Shown here piece after piece: positions 29,474 through 38,045 of a stretch of 64,000 nucleotides of DNA. The notes under the pieces were generated by a model that searched no databases, was not told the origin of the DNA, and worked only from the letters and a program-made list of their open reading frames with translations. Source of the stretch: a virus; IMG/VR virus record IMGVR_UViG_3300009059_000716, positions 30,823-94,822 of that record, one strand, 5' to 3'. The stretch's first letter is position 1. The number at the start of each line of letters is the position of its first letter. The position numbers and the translations under genes are program-made.

Positions 29474-30262
29474 ATGAAAGCAATATATAGCTACAAAATA
29501 TTCTCAGACCAACGTAAACCTTTAGATAAAACGTTTTGGAAACTAGCTGCATATAGTGTTAAGTCTGCTTCTAAGTATTATAGAACAGTTCTGTACTCCG
29601 ATGAAGAAAGTGGAAAGCTATTTGATAGACACGGAATTTATTTTGATGAGTATCATATTCTTCCTGAAATAGAAAATTATAAAGGAAGGGTTTATAGTGT
29701 ACCAAAAATATATGCAATGATTGCTGAGAAAGAGCCATATATTCATTTAGACTTTGACTCTGTAATACTGGAAGAGATTATATCTACACACACTATTACA
29801 TACGCATATACAGAAGTTGATTTAATAAATCTAGCAGGGTATGCTAGAATAGATTACGTATTTGGAGGATATGTAAGACCTTATCGAGACTTGTTGGTTG
29901 ATATATTTAAGGATGATATAATATATCCTGATTTTAATATAGTACCTAACCATTCTTTTCTGATGGTAAAAAATCCAACTATTGTTAGAGAGATTTACAA
30001 AAGAATACTCAGTAAAATACCAGCGGACATATTAGAAGAAGTAAGCCCTACATTATTAGAGCAATGTCTACTTTACCTATACTTAAAAGAAAATCAAACA
30101 GATATAGGATACTTAAGTTGGTATTCAGCAGAGAAGTTTTTAGAACGTGAGTTCGGTTCTTATAAATTTATACATTTACCATTTTACAACGAACCGGAAA
30201 AGAAAGAAGAAGTAGAGTTTGTTCTTAAAAAACTTGAAGAACAATTCGGCCCAATCGAATAA
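29474..30262 (+). CDS. DxD transferase-like protein (DUF6734-like)
   Basis: VLYSD, SVPKIYA..EPYIHLDFD, EQ, FIHL. Confidence 0.7.
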   Translation: MKAIYSYKIFSDQRKPLDKTFWKLAAYSVKSASKYYRTVLYSDEESGKLFDRHGIYFDEYHILPEIENYKGRVYSVPKIYAMIAEKEPYIHLDFDSVILEEIISTHTITYAYTEVDLINLAGYARIDYVFGGYVRPYRDLLVDIFKDDIIYPDFNIVPNHSFLMVKNPTIVREIYKRILSKIPADILEEVSPTLLEQCLLYLYLKENQTDIGYLSWYSAEKFLEREFGSYKFIHLPFYNEPEKKEEVEFVLKKLEEQFGPIE

Positions 30263-30277
30263 CAGTTATACCTTATT

Positions 30278-30628
30278 ATGAAAATTAAAGAGCTACTTTT
30301 AGGAGCCGTGTTATTTACTCTCGGACAGAGCATAGCCTGGTACCAGACTAATGGGCAATTTATAAGTAGTTGGATAAAAGAACATCCGTTACTTATGTCG
30401 GCAATAGTTGGAGTACCTGTTGGGATGTGTTATATTTACGGAACAACGTACACAGTAAGTGCTTTTGAAGGAGAATTATGGCCGGCAAGAATTATAGGAT
30501 TTACAACTGGTATATTTTCCTTTACAGTTCTTACTACACTACACTTAAATCAGACAATCGACCTTAAGACAGGTGTCATACTTAGTCTTGCAATTATAAT
30601 TATTTTACTACAAGCTTTTTGGAAATGA
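30278..30628 (+). CDS. Small 4-TM membrane protein
   Basis: Four hydrophobic segments. Confidence 0.7.
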   Translation: MKIKELLLGAVLFTLGQSIAWYQTNGQFISSWIKEHPLLMSAIVGVPVGMCYIYGTTYTVSAFEGELWPARIIGFTTGIFSFTVLTTLHLNQTIDLKTGVILSLAIIIILLQAFWK

Positions 30629-31509
30629 ATTTTTTAGATAGTCAATATCAAGACCTCCTCAAATACATTATTGAGAAAGGTCAAATAAAAGAAGATAGAA
30701 CCGGAACCGGAACATTATCAGTATTTGGTAGACAATTTAGACATGAGATGTCATTAGGCTTTCCTCTCCTAACAACAAAGAAGATAGCAGTCAAAACTAT
30801 GATGACTGAACTGAAATGGTTTCTAAAAGGAGATACTAATATCAAGTATTTAGTTGATAACGGTTGTAATATTTGGAATGGTGATGCTTATAAGAATTAT
30901 AGAAATAAGTTTGAACCAGCCCCTTATCAATTTACTCCAGATACAATGGAAGAGTTCATCAACAAAATCAAAACCGATGATGAGTTCGCAGAGGAGTGGG
31001 GTGAGTTAGGTCCAATATATGGAAAGCAATGGACTGATTGGAATGGTATAGACCAGATATTAAATCTTCTTAACTCAATAAAGAAGAACCCAAATAGTAG
31101 AAGATTGATGGTATCGGCTTGGAATGTAGGTGAATTACATGAGATGACATTACCTCCTTGTCATTACGGATTCCAGATAAATGTTAGAGGAGAGTATTTA
31201 GACCTAATGTGGAATCAAAGAAGTGTAGATACATTTTTAGGAGTACCTTTTAATATAGCCTCATATGGTCTGCTACTTAGTCTAATAGCGTATGAGACAG
31301 GTTATAAGCCTGGTTCTCTCATAGGATCTCTAGGAGATACACATCTATACACAAACCATATAGAACAGGCGAAGGAACAGATAAAAAGAACTTCATTTGA
31401 TCTTCCTACTCTTAAGATTATTTCATCTGATATTCTAAATGGAGAGTTTGAAGTAGAGTTTGAGAACTATATTTCACATCCTGCAATAAAAGCACCTTTA
31501 TCAAATTAA
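30625..31509 (+). CDS. thyA: Thymidylate synthase
   Basis: DRTGTGT, FPLLTTKK, LGPIYGKQW, SRR, LPPCH, QRSVD..LGVPFN. Confidence 0.97.
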   Translation: MNFLDSQYQDLLKYIIEKGQIKEDRTGTGTLSVFGRQFRHEMSLGFPLLTTKKIAVKTMMTELKWFLKGDTNIKYLVDNGCNIWNGDAYKNYRNKFEPAPYQFTPDTMEEFINKIKTDDEFAEEWGELGPIYGKQWTDWNGIDQILNLLNSIKKNPNSRRLMVSAWNVGELHEMTLPPCHYGFQINVRGEYLDLMWNQRSVDTFLGVPFNIASYGLLLSLIAYETGYKPGSLIGSLGDTHLYTNHIEQAKEQIKRTSFDLPTLKIISSDILNGEFEVEFENYISHPAIKAPLSN

Positions 31510-31510
31510 A

Positions 31511-31542
31511 GTTTGTAGTCTGAATTATTCTTCTTATATTAA
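31511..31542 (+). promoter_or_regulatory. Phage early promoter cassette
   Basis: GTTTG-N19-TATATTAA-GGTA. Confidence 0.7.
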
Positions 31543-31565
31543 GGTAGTTAAAAAAAGAAAAGGTT

Positions 31566-31931
31566 ATGCATTTAAGAACTACAAGAAGATTAGCTGAGAA
31601 GTATTTAAACAATTGTGAGAAAGTTTACGGATTAAGTAAGTTTCATGATAGCACTCCTTACATAGAGTTTCAACCTTATGTTCATTCTGTTTACACAGAA
31701 GATGATAATCCAATTGCAGAGTATATCTTTGACTATAATACTATTGTAATATACTATAAGAATATTCACAGTGCAGAAGATTTAGCTCAAACTATCGTTC
31801 ATGAATACCAACACTACTTACAATCACCAAGCTGGATGACTAGATACTATAATATGGGCTTCTGTTATTCAGACCATCCATATGAAATAGCAGCATTTAA
31901 TGAAGAGAAAAATTGGAAATTAGTTGCTTAG
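31566..31931 (+). CDS. Zincin-like metallopeptidase domain protein
   Basis: HEYQH..Q...HPYEIAA. Confidence 0.7.
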   Translation: MHLRTTRRLAEKYLNNCEKVYGLSKFHDSTPYIEFQPYVHSVYTEDDNPIAEYIFDYNTIVIYYKNIHSAEDLAQTIVHEYQHYLQSPSWMTRYYNMGFCYSDHPYEIAAFNEEKNWKLVA

Positions 31932-31979
31932 TTAAAGTACATTTCACTATTTATTAAGAACTAAACTAAACTAGAATAT

Positions 31980-32792
31980 ATGGCATGTGGTTGTGGAAGA
32001 TCTCCAGACGGATGTAGAGGCTGGCACTCTTTAACAGAAGAAGAATTCAAAGTAGAATATGATGCGTTTCTAAAAGAAAAAGATGGTATCTTAAGAGTAA
32101 AAGAGGTAGAACATTATACCGATACTCTATTCAAATTCAAGTTAACTAAAACAGACGAATATAAATTTAAGGCCGGACAGTTTACAATGTTAAATGTAGA
32201 CGGTGCACCAAAAAGAGCTTATAGCTATACAAGTGGTCCGGAAGATGATTTTATAGAGTTCTATAGTATAAAGGTACCAAATGGACCTCTTACAAGTAAG
32301 CTTCAGAAGATACAAGTAGGAGACTTTGTAAATGTTTCTCCAAAAGCTACTGGAACACTCATAGTAGATAATCTTACAGAAGGAGACGATTTATGGTTAC
32401 TTGCTACAGGAACTGGAATTGCACCATTCATTAGTATGTTATGTGATCCTTTAACTTACGACAGATTTAAAAACATTCATGTTGTATGGTCGGTAAGAGT
32501 AAAAGAAGAACTAGACGCTTTTCATGATTGGTTAGGAAGTATAGGAATAGATTATATTCCAATTGTTACTCGAGATGATAGATGGGAAGGAGAGAAAGAA
32601 AGAATAACAACTCTTATTCAAAGAGGAGACATAATGAAAGATAGTACTCCAGATAATGATAAAGTAATGCTATGCGGTAATATGGACTTCAACAAAGAGA
32701 TAAAAAATCTACTTGTTGACGAAAGAGGATGGGTAGAAGGTAATAGTAGACAAGCAGGATCATTTGCTTTAGAGAAAGCTTTTGTTGGATAA
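31980..32792 (+). CDS. fpr: Ferredoxin/flavodoxin-NADP+ reductase with N-terminal CDGSH-like Cys/His finger
   Basis: RAYS, GPLTS, ATGTGIAPF, MLCGN, EKAF; N-terminal CGCGRSPDGCRGWH. Confidence 0.9.
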   Translation: MACGCGRSPDGCRGWHSLTEEEFKVEYDAFLKEKDGILRVKEVEHYTDTLFKFKLTKTDEYKFKAGQFTMLNVDGAPKRAYSYTSGPEDDFIEFYSIKVPNGPLTSKLQKIQVGDFVNVSPKATGTLIVDNLTEGDDLWLLATGTGIAPFISMLCDPLTYDRFKNIHVVWSVRVKEELDAFHDWLGSIGIDYIPIVTRDDRWEGEKERITTLIQRGDIMKDSTPDNDKVMLCGNMDFNKEIKNLLVDERGWVEGNSRQAGSFALEKAFVG

Positions 32793-32795
32793 AAA

Positions 32796-32827
32796 GTTGC
32801 TGCAATGGACTATTATTCTTATATTAA
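32796..32827 (+). promoter_or_regulatory. Phage early promoter cassette
   Basis: GTTG-N20-TATATTAA-GGTATAATT. Confidence 0.75.
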
Positions 32828-32852
32828 GGTATAATTAAAAATAGTAAGAGTT

Positions 32853-33251
32853 ATGACAACAGCAAAACTTTATTTAGTTACTTTTGAGTATGAAGGTACA
32901 AAATTTTTCAAAGTAGGTATTACAGAAAAAGGAGATGTAATGGATAGGTTTAAGTACTCTATACTTAAATATAAACTAATGAACTTTAAAATACATAAGT
33001 CCTCTTGGTTTAAATCTTTGGAAGCAGCAGAGAAAGCTGAACAAAAATGCTTTGCAGACATTAAACAAACCTTTCCAGAAAATAACTATGTTGATGCTCA
33101 AGGGAACCACTACTTCCATAATAAGTGGTTAGATGAAAAGATAAATGGTATAACTGAAATCAGAGTATACAATGGAGAAGAGTATAAATTTGCATGGAAT
33201 TTTGTACATAATAATGGAGTAAATAAATATAAGGATTTAGTAGGTTCTTAG
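32853..33251 (+). CDS. GIY-YIG/T5orf172-like domain protein
   Basis: LYLV..FKVGIT..R..AE..E..G.TE. Confidence 0.6.
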   Translation: MTTAKLYLVTFEYEGTKFFKVGITEKGDVMDRFKYSILKYKLMNFKIHKSSWFKSLEAAEKAEQKCFADIKQTFPENNYVDAQGNHYFHNKWLDEKINGITEIRVYNGEEYKFAWNFVHNNGVNKYKDLVGS

Positions 33252-33271
33252 TAAACTTATTCTTATATTAA
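33240..33271 (+). promoter_or_regulatory. Phage early promoter cassette
   Basis: GTAG-N20-TATATTAA-GGTATA. Confidence 0.7.
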
Positions 33272-33290
33272 GGTATAAATAATAAGGGTT

Positions 33291-33584
33291 ATGAAAGCAG
33301 AAAAACATTATCAAGAGTGGTCTTTAGAAGAGTGTAGAGTTTATTTCAAAATGTATCTTGAATTAATTAAAAGGAGAGATGTTAAAGAAGTAAGAAAAGA
33401 GTTAGCCGAATTTTTTGGTAGGACTTATTCAGCTATAGGTTTCAAAGAGAGAGAAGTAGTAGGAGTGTTGACTGAAGGTCAACAAGGAATTTATACTTAC
33501 GGTGAGAATATGGTTACAGCTACTAACGAAGCATTAGAAGCTTCTGGTATGAGTGTTATACGTTTTAAAATGTTATTCGAATAA
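33291..33584 (+). CDS. Hypothetical protein, possible HTH
   Basis: WSLEE..ELAEFFGRTYSAI. Confidence 0.6.
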   Translation: MKAEKHYQEWSLEECRVYFKMYLELIKRRDVKEVRKELAEFFGRTYSAIGFKEREVVGVLTEGQQGIYTYGENMVTATNEALEASGMSVIRFKMLFE

Positions 33585-33585
33585 T

Positions 33586-33984
33586 ATGGCATTATGGGAT
33601 GTAGATGGAGAGATAGTGTATACAGAAGGTAGCCTGTCTCTAACGCCTGAAAAGGCAAATGCTTTATTTGTTACTCGTCATCGATATAAAATACCTTATT
33701 CAAATGTCGGTATGGGCGGTTTTGTTAAGACTGATAGAGGAACTTTTCATACTCCTTCTTGGATACAAGTTCATCCTCAAACTTCTTTTGAAGATTTAGA
33801 AGTAGAAAAGAAACCTTTCGAAGAGTTGTTTGTTGAAGAAAAGAAATGGGAGTTTAAATCAGGCTCTTCAGATAAAGTATATACTGTTAAACATAATAAG
33901 AGAGGAGAACTTTCTTGCGACTGTATGGGGTATATTGGTCATAGAAAATGTAAACACATAACAGTAGTTAAAGAAAGCTTATGA
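33586..33984 (+). CDS. SWIM zinc-finger protein
   Basis: YTV..SCDCMG....CKH; ATG at 33586. Confidence 0.8.
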   Translation: MALWDVDGEIVYTEGSLSLTPEKANALFVTRHRYKIPYSNVGMGGFVKTDRGTFHTPSWIQVHPQTSFEDLEVEKKPFEELFVEEKKWEFKSGSSDKVYTVKHNKRGELSCDCMGYIGHRKCKHITVVKESL

Positions 33985-34202
33985 GAATAATTATAGAGTA
34001 TTTTGTTTGGTATATACTACCGGGACTATTTTGGGCAGGATTTTTGGAGTGGTTTACAACTACCAAATTAGAAGGTATATTTGGACAGCCTTGGAAAATG
34101 CCGGAAAGATTAATGCATTCATTTTTATGGCCGCTATCATTCTTAAAGTTTGCAATCGAATTTCTAAAAGGTTTATTTGGATACTATGACGAAGAAGAAT
34201 AG
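33981..34202 (+). CDS. Small membrane protein
   Basis: Two hydrophobic helices. Confidence 0.65.
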   Translation: MRIIIEYFVWYILPGLFWAGFLEWFTTTKLEGIFGQPWKMPERLMHSFLWPLSFLKFAIEFLKGLFGYYDEEE

Positions 34203-34722
34203 AAATATAGGTTTACTCATTCTATTTTTACTTTTAGCTTTAGTTGCTATAATAGTATTTACATATAGAGAAAAGACATTTAATATAGTTGAATTAGGTA
34301 AAGAGAATGCTGTCTTAAATAGAACAGACAAACCATATCTTGATACAATTGTAAGTGTAGGACTAAGTGAATTAGGTATTGCCGGAATTACTGTTCTAAT
34401 AGACCCGTTAGAAAAAGAATTAATTACTGGAGAGTTTGAAATTCAAGCTCATATAATCGGTACACAAAATCAATTCATTATATTTACAAATGAATTTTCA
34501 AGAGAGAAAGCTTTAGAAGTAATGTCTCATGAGTTAATACATCTTCAACAATATAATACTGGAAGACTTATTAAGACAAATGGAGGAGTAATTTGGGAAG
34601 GATATTATATACAGTCAATAGATCAAATTCCATATTTAGCTCGTCCGTGGGAGTTAGAAGCTTTTGTATTAGGTGAGAATTTAGAAAGGACTTTGAAAGT
34701 AATTTTAATAAAAAAACAGTAG
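34186..34722 (+). CDS. Membrane-anchored zincin-like metallopeptidase
   Basis: N-terminal TM; HELIHLQQ..RPWELEA. Confidence 0.75.
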   Translation: MTKKNRNIGLLILFLLLALVAIIVFTYREKTFNIVELGKENAVLNRTDKPYLDTIVSVGLSELGIAGITVLIDPLEKELITGEFEIQAHIIGTQNQFIIFTNEFSREKALEVMSHELIHLQQYNTGRLIKTNGGVIWEGYYIQSIDQIPYLARPWELEAFVLGENLERTLKVILIKKQ

Positions 34723-34750
34723 GTTCGTATTATTATTTTTCTTATATTAA
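34719..34750 (+). promoter_or_regulatory. Phage early promoter cassette
   Basis: GTAG-N20-TATATTAA-GGTATAATT. Confidence 0.75.
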
Positions 34751-34776
34751 GGTATAATTAAAAACAAATAGAGGTT

Positions 34777-35427
34777 ATGAAAAAGTTTAAAGGTTGGATT
34801 TTACTACCATTATTATTATTAAGCTGTAACAAAGACACTGAAGAGATACTCGAAATACCTCAGAATGTTTACTGGTATCAAGACGAAATATATTCACAAA
34901 TTGAAGATTCAGGTGAAGTACAAGATGTATTTAAGTCTTACTTAAGAGCTTTTATAGCTGACGCTCAAAGACATGGAGTAGATTTATCACACGTTAATAT
35001 TGAAAATAGTAGATTAGATTTAATTACAACTGATATTATTGCTTCAATTGGGTACTGTGACCCTACTAGAGCTCAATTAATCTGGAATGTAAATAGCTGG
35101 AATACAAATAAATTAGAGAGAGTAGGAGAGCCTACTAAAATCTATTTAATGTGGCATGAATTAGGACACGATTTATTAGGATTAGATCATGTTTGTAAAT
35201 CCGGGCATATAATGACTGGAAGACATACTCCCTGTAAAGGCGATGGAAACGAAGGAGAGGAAATAAACCTATACGGACTCAGATATAACACCGTAGAGGA
35301 TGTTAGGAATTTTAAAAGAGCGGTTGATGATATGTTTGCAATGTATGAACAGTACCATATGGACTGTAGAAATTCATTTTCTTCAAAAGGAACTGTAGAA
35401 ATTCTGTCATGTAATTTAAATTATTAA
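34777..35427 (+). CDS. Metzincin-like metallopeptidase lipoprotein
   Basis: LLLLS-CNKD lipobox; HELGHDLLGLDH and downstream Met (HIM). Confidence 0.8.
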   Translation: MKKFKGWILLPLLLLSCNKDTEEILEIPQNVYWYQDEIYSQIEDSGEVQDVFKSYLRAFIADAQRHGVDLSHVNIENSRLDLITTDIIASIGYCDPTRAQLIWNVNSWNTNKLERVGEPTKIYLMWHELGHDLLGLDHVCKSGHIMTGRHTPCKGDGNEGEEINLYGLRYNTVEDVRNFKRAVDDMFAMYEQYHMDCRNSFSSKGTVEILSCNLNY

Positions 35428-35428
35428 G

Positions 35429-35641
35429 ATGTACACACCTCCTCCTCAAATACCAATATCTGTCGCATATAAAAAGAAGACAGGACAAAAAGTTTGGATC
35501 AAAACATTTACCGATCTAAGATCTCCAGACCGATTAATAACTAACCGTTCTACTTTACTTCCGGAAGGGAGTGATATTTTAGAGATAGGAGTTGGGAGTA
35601 ATTTTGAAGCAAGCTACAAAAAGAAATATAAAGTTAAATGA
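35429..35641 (+). CDS. Hypothetical protein
   Basis: Tightly packed ORF. Confidence 0.6.
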   Translation: MYTPPPQIPISVAYKKKTGQKVWIKTFTDLRSPDRLITNRSTLLPEGSDILEIGVGSNFEASYKKKYKVK

Positions 35642-35820
35642 AGTTAGTATATACTCAAGAGACTATCAACTACATGGCTAAAATTAATCCTCAACTCATA
35701 GAAGATCTAGCCAAATACGGAGCACCAGAACCAGTCGAACTATTAGATGATAAGGGAACTATAATAAACAAGTACTATCTATATAATATTAATGAAGATA
35801 CTTCCGAACATATTAGCTAA
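35638..35820 (+). CDS. Hypothetical protein
   Basis: Coupled ORF. Confidence 0.55.
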   Translation: MKLVYTQETINYMAKINPQLIEDLAKYGAPEPVELLDDKGTIINKYYLYNINEDTSEHIS

Positions 35821-36322
35821 AGAATATGTTTCTTCTATACTTTCTAAACAAAAGCAGTTAGGGTATAAAGGAAGAGAATCATCTCCTATACATTTGAATT
35901 CTGCTATTGTAGAATGGAATATAGAAGGATATTGGAATAATGATGATGCAGTAGTACTTTCATTTGAAGATAAAGGCTTCGTATTTCTTCTATATACTTT
36001 TCAAAAGGATATAAACGGAACAGATAAACTCTACTGCGAAATAAGGCACATAGTAACATTAGAACAGTATAGAGGACAAGGTACCGGTAAGCAGTTAGTA
36101 GAAGCAACTGCAAAACACATGAAAGAGAGAGATTGTCAAATCTTAAAAGTCCTTTCAGATATTAAATCTAAAAACTTCTACATTAAAAATGGATTTGAGG
36201 TTTCCGGAATAACAAAGCACGGACTATCCTACTTCTGTAATGATATTACTTCTAGGAGAAATGTTTCAATGCCTGCTAGTGATTTTCCTTTTATGACTAA
36301 TTCTCCTAAATCAATATTATGA
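35792..36322 (+). CDS. GNAT acetyltransferase
   Basis: QYRGQGTGKQL, NFYIKNGF; ends PKSIL. Confidence 0.85.
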   Translation: MKILPNILAKEYVSSILSKQKQLGYKGRESSPIHLNSAIVEWNIEGYWNNDDAVVLSFEDKGFVFLLYTFQKDINGTDKLYCEIRHIVTLEQYRGQGTGKQLVEATAKHMKERDCQILKVLSDIKSKNFYIKNGFEVSGITKHGLSYFCNDITSRRNVSMPASDFPFMTNSPKSIL

Positions 36323-36840
36323 GAGGTATAATTAGAAATGTACTCAATCAATCTGATATAGACTCTATTTTTAAACTATATAATGAGTCTTCTAATATTG
36401 TTGAATTATATGGAGAGTTAAAAAATAGACATAACATTTCAAGTAATTTAGGAATGTTTCTTTTATCACATTTTACACAAAAAGAGTTTCAACCATTCCT
36501 TTCTAAAATTATACCTTCAATAGAAGCTAAAGAAAGAATTGAATTAGAAACTACTTCATGTAGGGTACTTAAATACACGAAAGATTGCTTTATTTCAAAA
36601 CATAGAGACATTAAAACTTCAGAAGCCAATTCAAGCCTTTCGGTAATAATACAGCTCTCTAATCAAGATGAGTACGTAGGAGGAAAAGCGATTATAGACG
36701 GAGAAGAAAGTATACTACAGCAAGGTGATTTAGAGTATTATACCTATAGTTACGAACATGAAGTTACTAAAATATTTTCCGGTTGTAGGTATGTTATTAA
36801 CTTACGAATTAATATCAAAAAAGATTCAACTTTAATATAA
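36319..36840 (+). CDS. 2OG-Fe(II) oxygenase
   Basis: HRD..YVGG..HEV..GCR; ends KDSTLI. Confidence 0.9.
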   Translation: MRGIIRNVLNQSDIDSIFKLYNESSNIVELYGELKNRHNISSNLGMFLLSHFTQKEFQPFLSKIIPSIEAKERIELETTSCRVLKYTKDCFISKHRDIKTSEANSSLSVIIQLSNQDEYVGGKAIIDGEESILQQGDLEYYTYSYEHEVTKIFSGCRYVINLRINIKKDSTLI

Positions 36841-36845
36841 AAAAA

Positions 36846-36877
36846 GTTGCTAGAACGATTATTTCTTCTTATATTTA
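36846..36877 (+). promoter_or_regulatory. Phage early promoter cassette
   Basis: GTTG-N20-TATATTTA-GGTATAAT. Confidence 0.75.
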
Positions 36878-36904
36878 GGTATAATAATTAAAACAAATAT
36901 ATCT

Positions 36905-37030
36905 ATGAAGTATCAAGCGATTTTAAAAAATGGAAAGAATGGAGAAAAATTATTTTCAACGCCAAAAAAAGCGGTTAAATTTTATCCCGGTCAAATTAAA
37001 TTATTGAAAGAGATTTATATAGGGGGTTAA
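36905..37030 (+). CDS. 41-aa basic peptide (not in ORF track)
   Basis: Directly behind its own promoter; MKYQAILKNGKNGEKLFSTPKKAVKFYPGQIKLLKEIYIGG. Confidence 0.6.
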   Translation: MKYQAILKNGKNGEKLFSTPKKAVKFYPGQIKLLKEIYIGG

Positions 37031-37065
37031 TAATAACCCCTTTTGGGGGTTAAAAAATAAAGGTT

Positions 37066-37620
37066 ATGTCCACATTAGAATTCTACCCTACACTTACTCC
37101 AATCGAAATGTTACAGGAAGGTATATTTGGAGGTTCATATTTCGGAGTAGAGAAGTTGCAAGGAGATCAAGATTACCTACCTCTCTTTGAAACGTTAGGA
37201 GATATAGATCCTGCTCTCTATTTAGGAAACAAATATAAACCTAAAGTAAATAAGTTCAAAGTACGTTCGGGAATGCCATATCAATATTGGGTAGATATGA
37301 AATGGATGCATGCAGATGATCCATATGGTTGGTTTGAATGGTACATTAAATACTTCAACGGACGTAGACATCCAGATGACAATAGACAGATTTCTAGATG
37401 GCAGGACTTTGCCGGAAGGAATGGAAGATGGAGAAACAATATCTATAAGAAGATATATGATACAGGAGATTGGAATGTATCTCCTCGTATTCAGCAATCA
37501 TTATTACATTGGGGATATAAAGTTAATGAAGGAGATTATAACTTATGGTTAAACTCTATTCATAAATCAGATGAATGGTGTCAGTATGGCGGAATGCCTT
37601 CACCAAAAGCTTATATGTAA
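37066..37620 (+). CDS. Conserved-looking Trp-rich hypothetical protein
   Basis: LTPIEML..G.FGGSYF, DPYGWFEWY, GRR..DD.RQI.RW, SPRIQQSLLHW. Confidence 0.75.
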   Translation: MSTLEFYPTLTPIEMLQEGIFGGSYFGVEKLQGDQDYLPLFETLGDIDPALYLGNKYKPKVNKFKVRSGMPYQYWVDMKWMHADDPYGWFEWYIKYFNGRRHPDDNRQISRWQDFAGRNGRWRNNIYKKIYDTGDWNVSPRIQQSLLHWGYKVNEGDYNLWLNSIHKSDEWCQYGGMPSPKAYM

Positions 37621-37636
37621 ACTTTTTTAAAATAAA

Positions 37637-37668
37637 GTTGGTCCGTATTGTTTTTCTTCTTATATTAA
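37637..37668 (+). promoter_or_regulatory. Phage early promoter cassette
   Basis: GTTG-N20-TATATTAA-GGTATAGAAATTAAAAATAAAGGTTATG. Confidence 0.8.
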
Positions 37669-37693
37669 GGTATAGAAATTAAAAATAAAGGTT

Positions 37694-37912
37694 ATGACAA
37701 ATCCATTACATTACTTCACATTTTCATTCAAAGACAAATCAACCAAAGAGTATGTTGGTTGGAATACTACAGTTGCTACAACAGAAGAGGAAGCAATTGT
37801 AAAAGCACAGCAGCAATGGGATACAGCTGAGAGTACTTACTATATCGATACAGCATCTTTTATTCAGCAAACGGATGAAGAAATGGTAGAGATGGTAAAC
37901 TTTGCACTATAA
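37694..37912 (+). CDS. Hypothetical early protein
   Basis: Own promoter cassette. Confidence 0.7.
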   Translation: MTNPLHYFTFSFKDKSTKEYVGWNTTVATTEEEAIVKAQQQWDTAESTYYIDTASFIQQTDEEMVEMVNFAL

Positions 37913-37915
37913 GTA

Positions 37916-37947
37916 GTTGATTATTTAATTTATTCTTCGTATATTTA
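37916..37947 (+). promoter_or_regulatory. Phage early promoter cassette
   Basis: GTTG-N20-TATATTTA-GGTATAGAAATTA. Confidence 0.75.
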
Positions 37948-37959
37948 GGTATAGAAATT

Positions 37960-38027
37960 AAGAAATAAGTATTGCTTGCGGTTGGCAAAGCATGGATAAA
38001 GGCAGATAAGCCCATGCACTTATTCTT
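37960..38027 (+). ncRNA. Candidate structured leader/small RNA
   Basis: Basal stem AAGAAATAAGT/ACTTATTCTT enclosing GC-richer hairpins, followed by a T-run. Confidence 0.4.
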
Positions 38028-38045
38028 TTTTAAAAAATAAATGTT

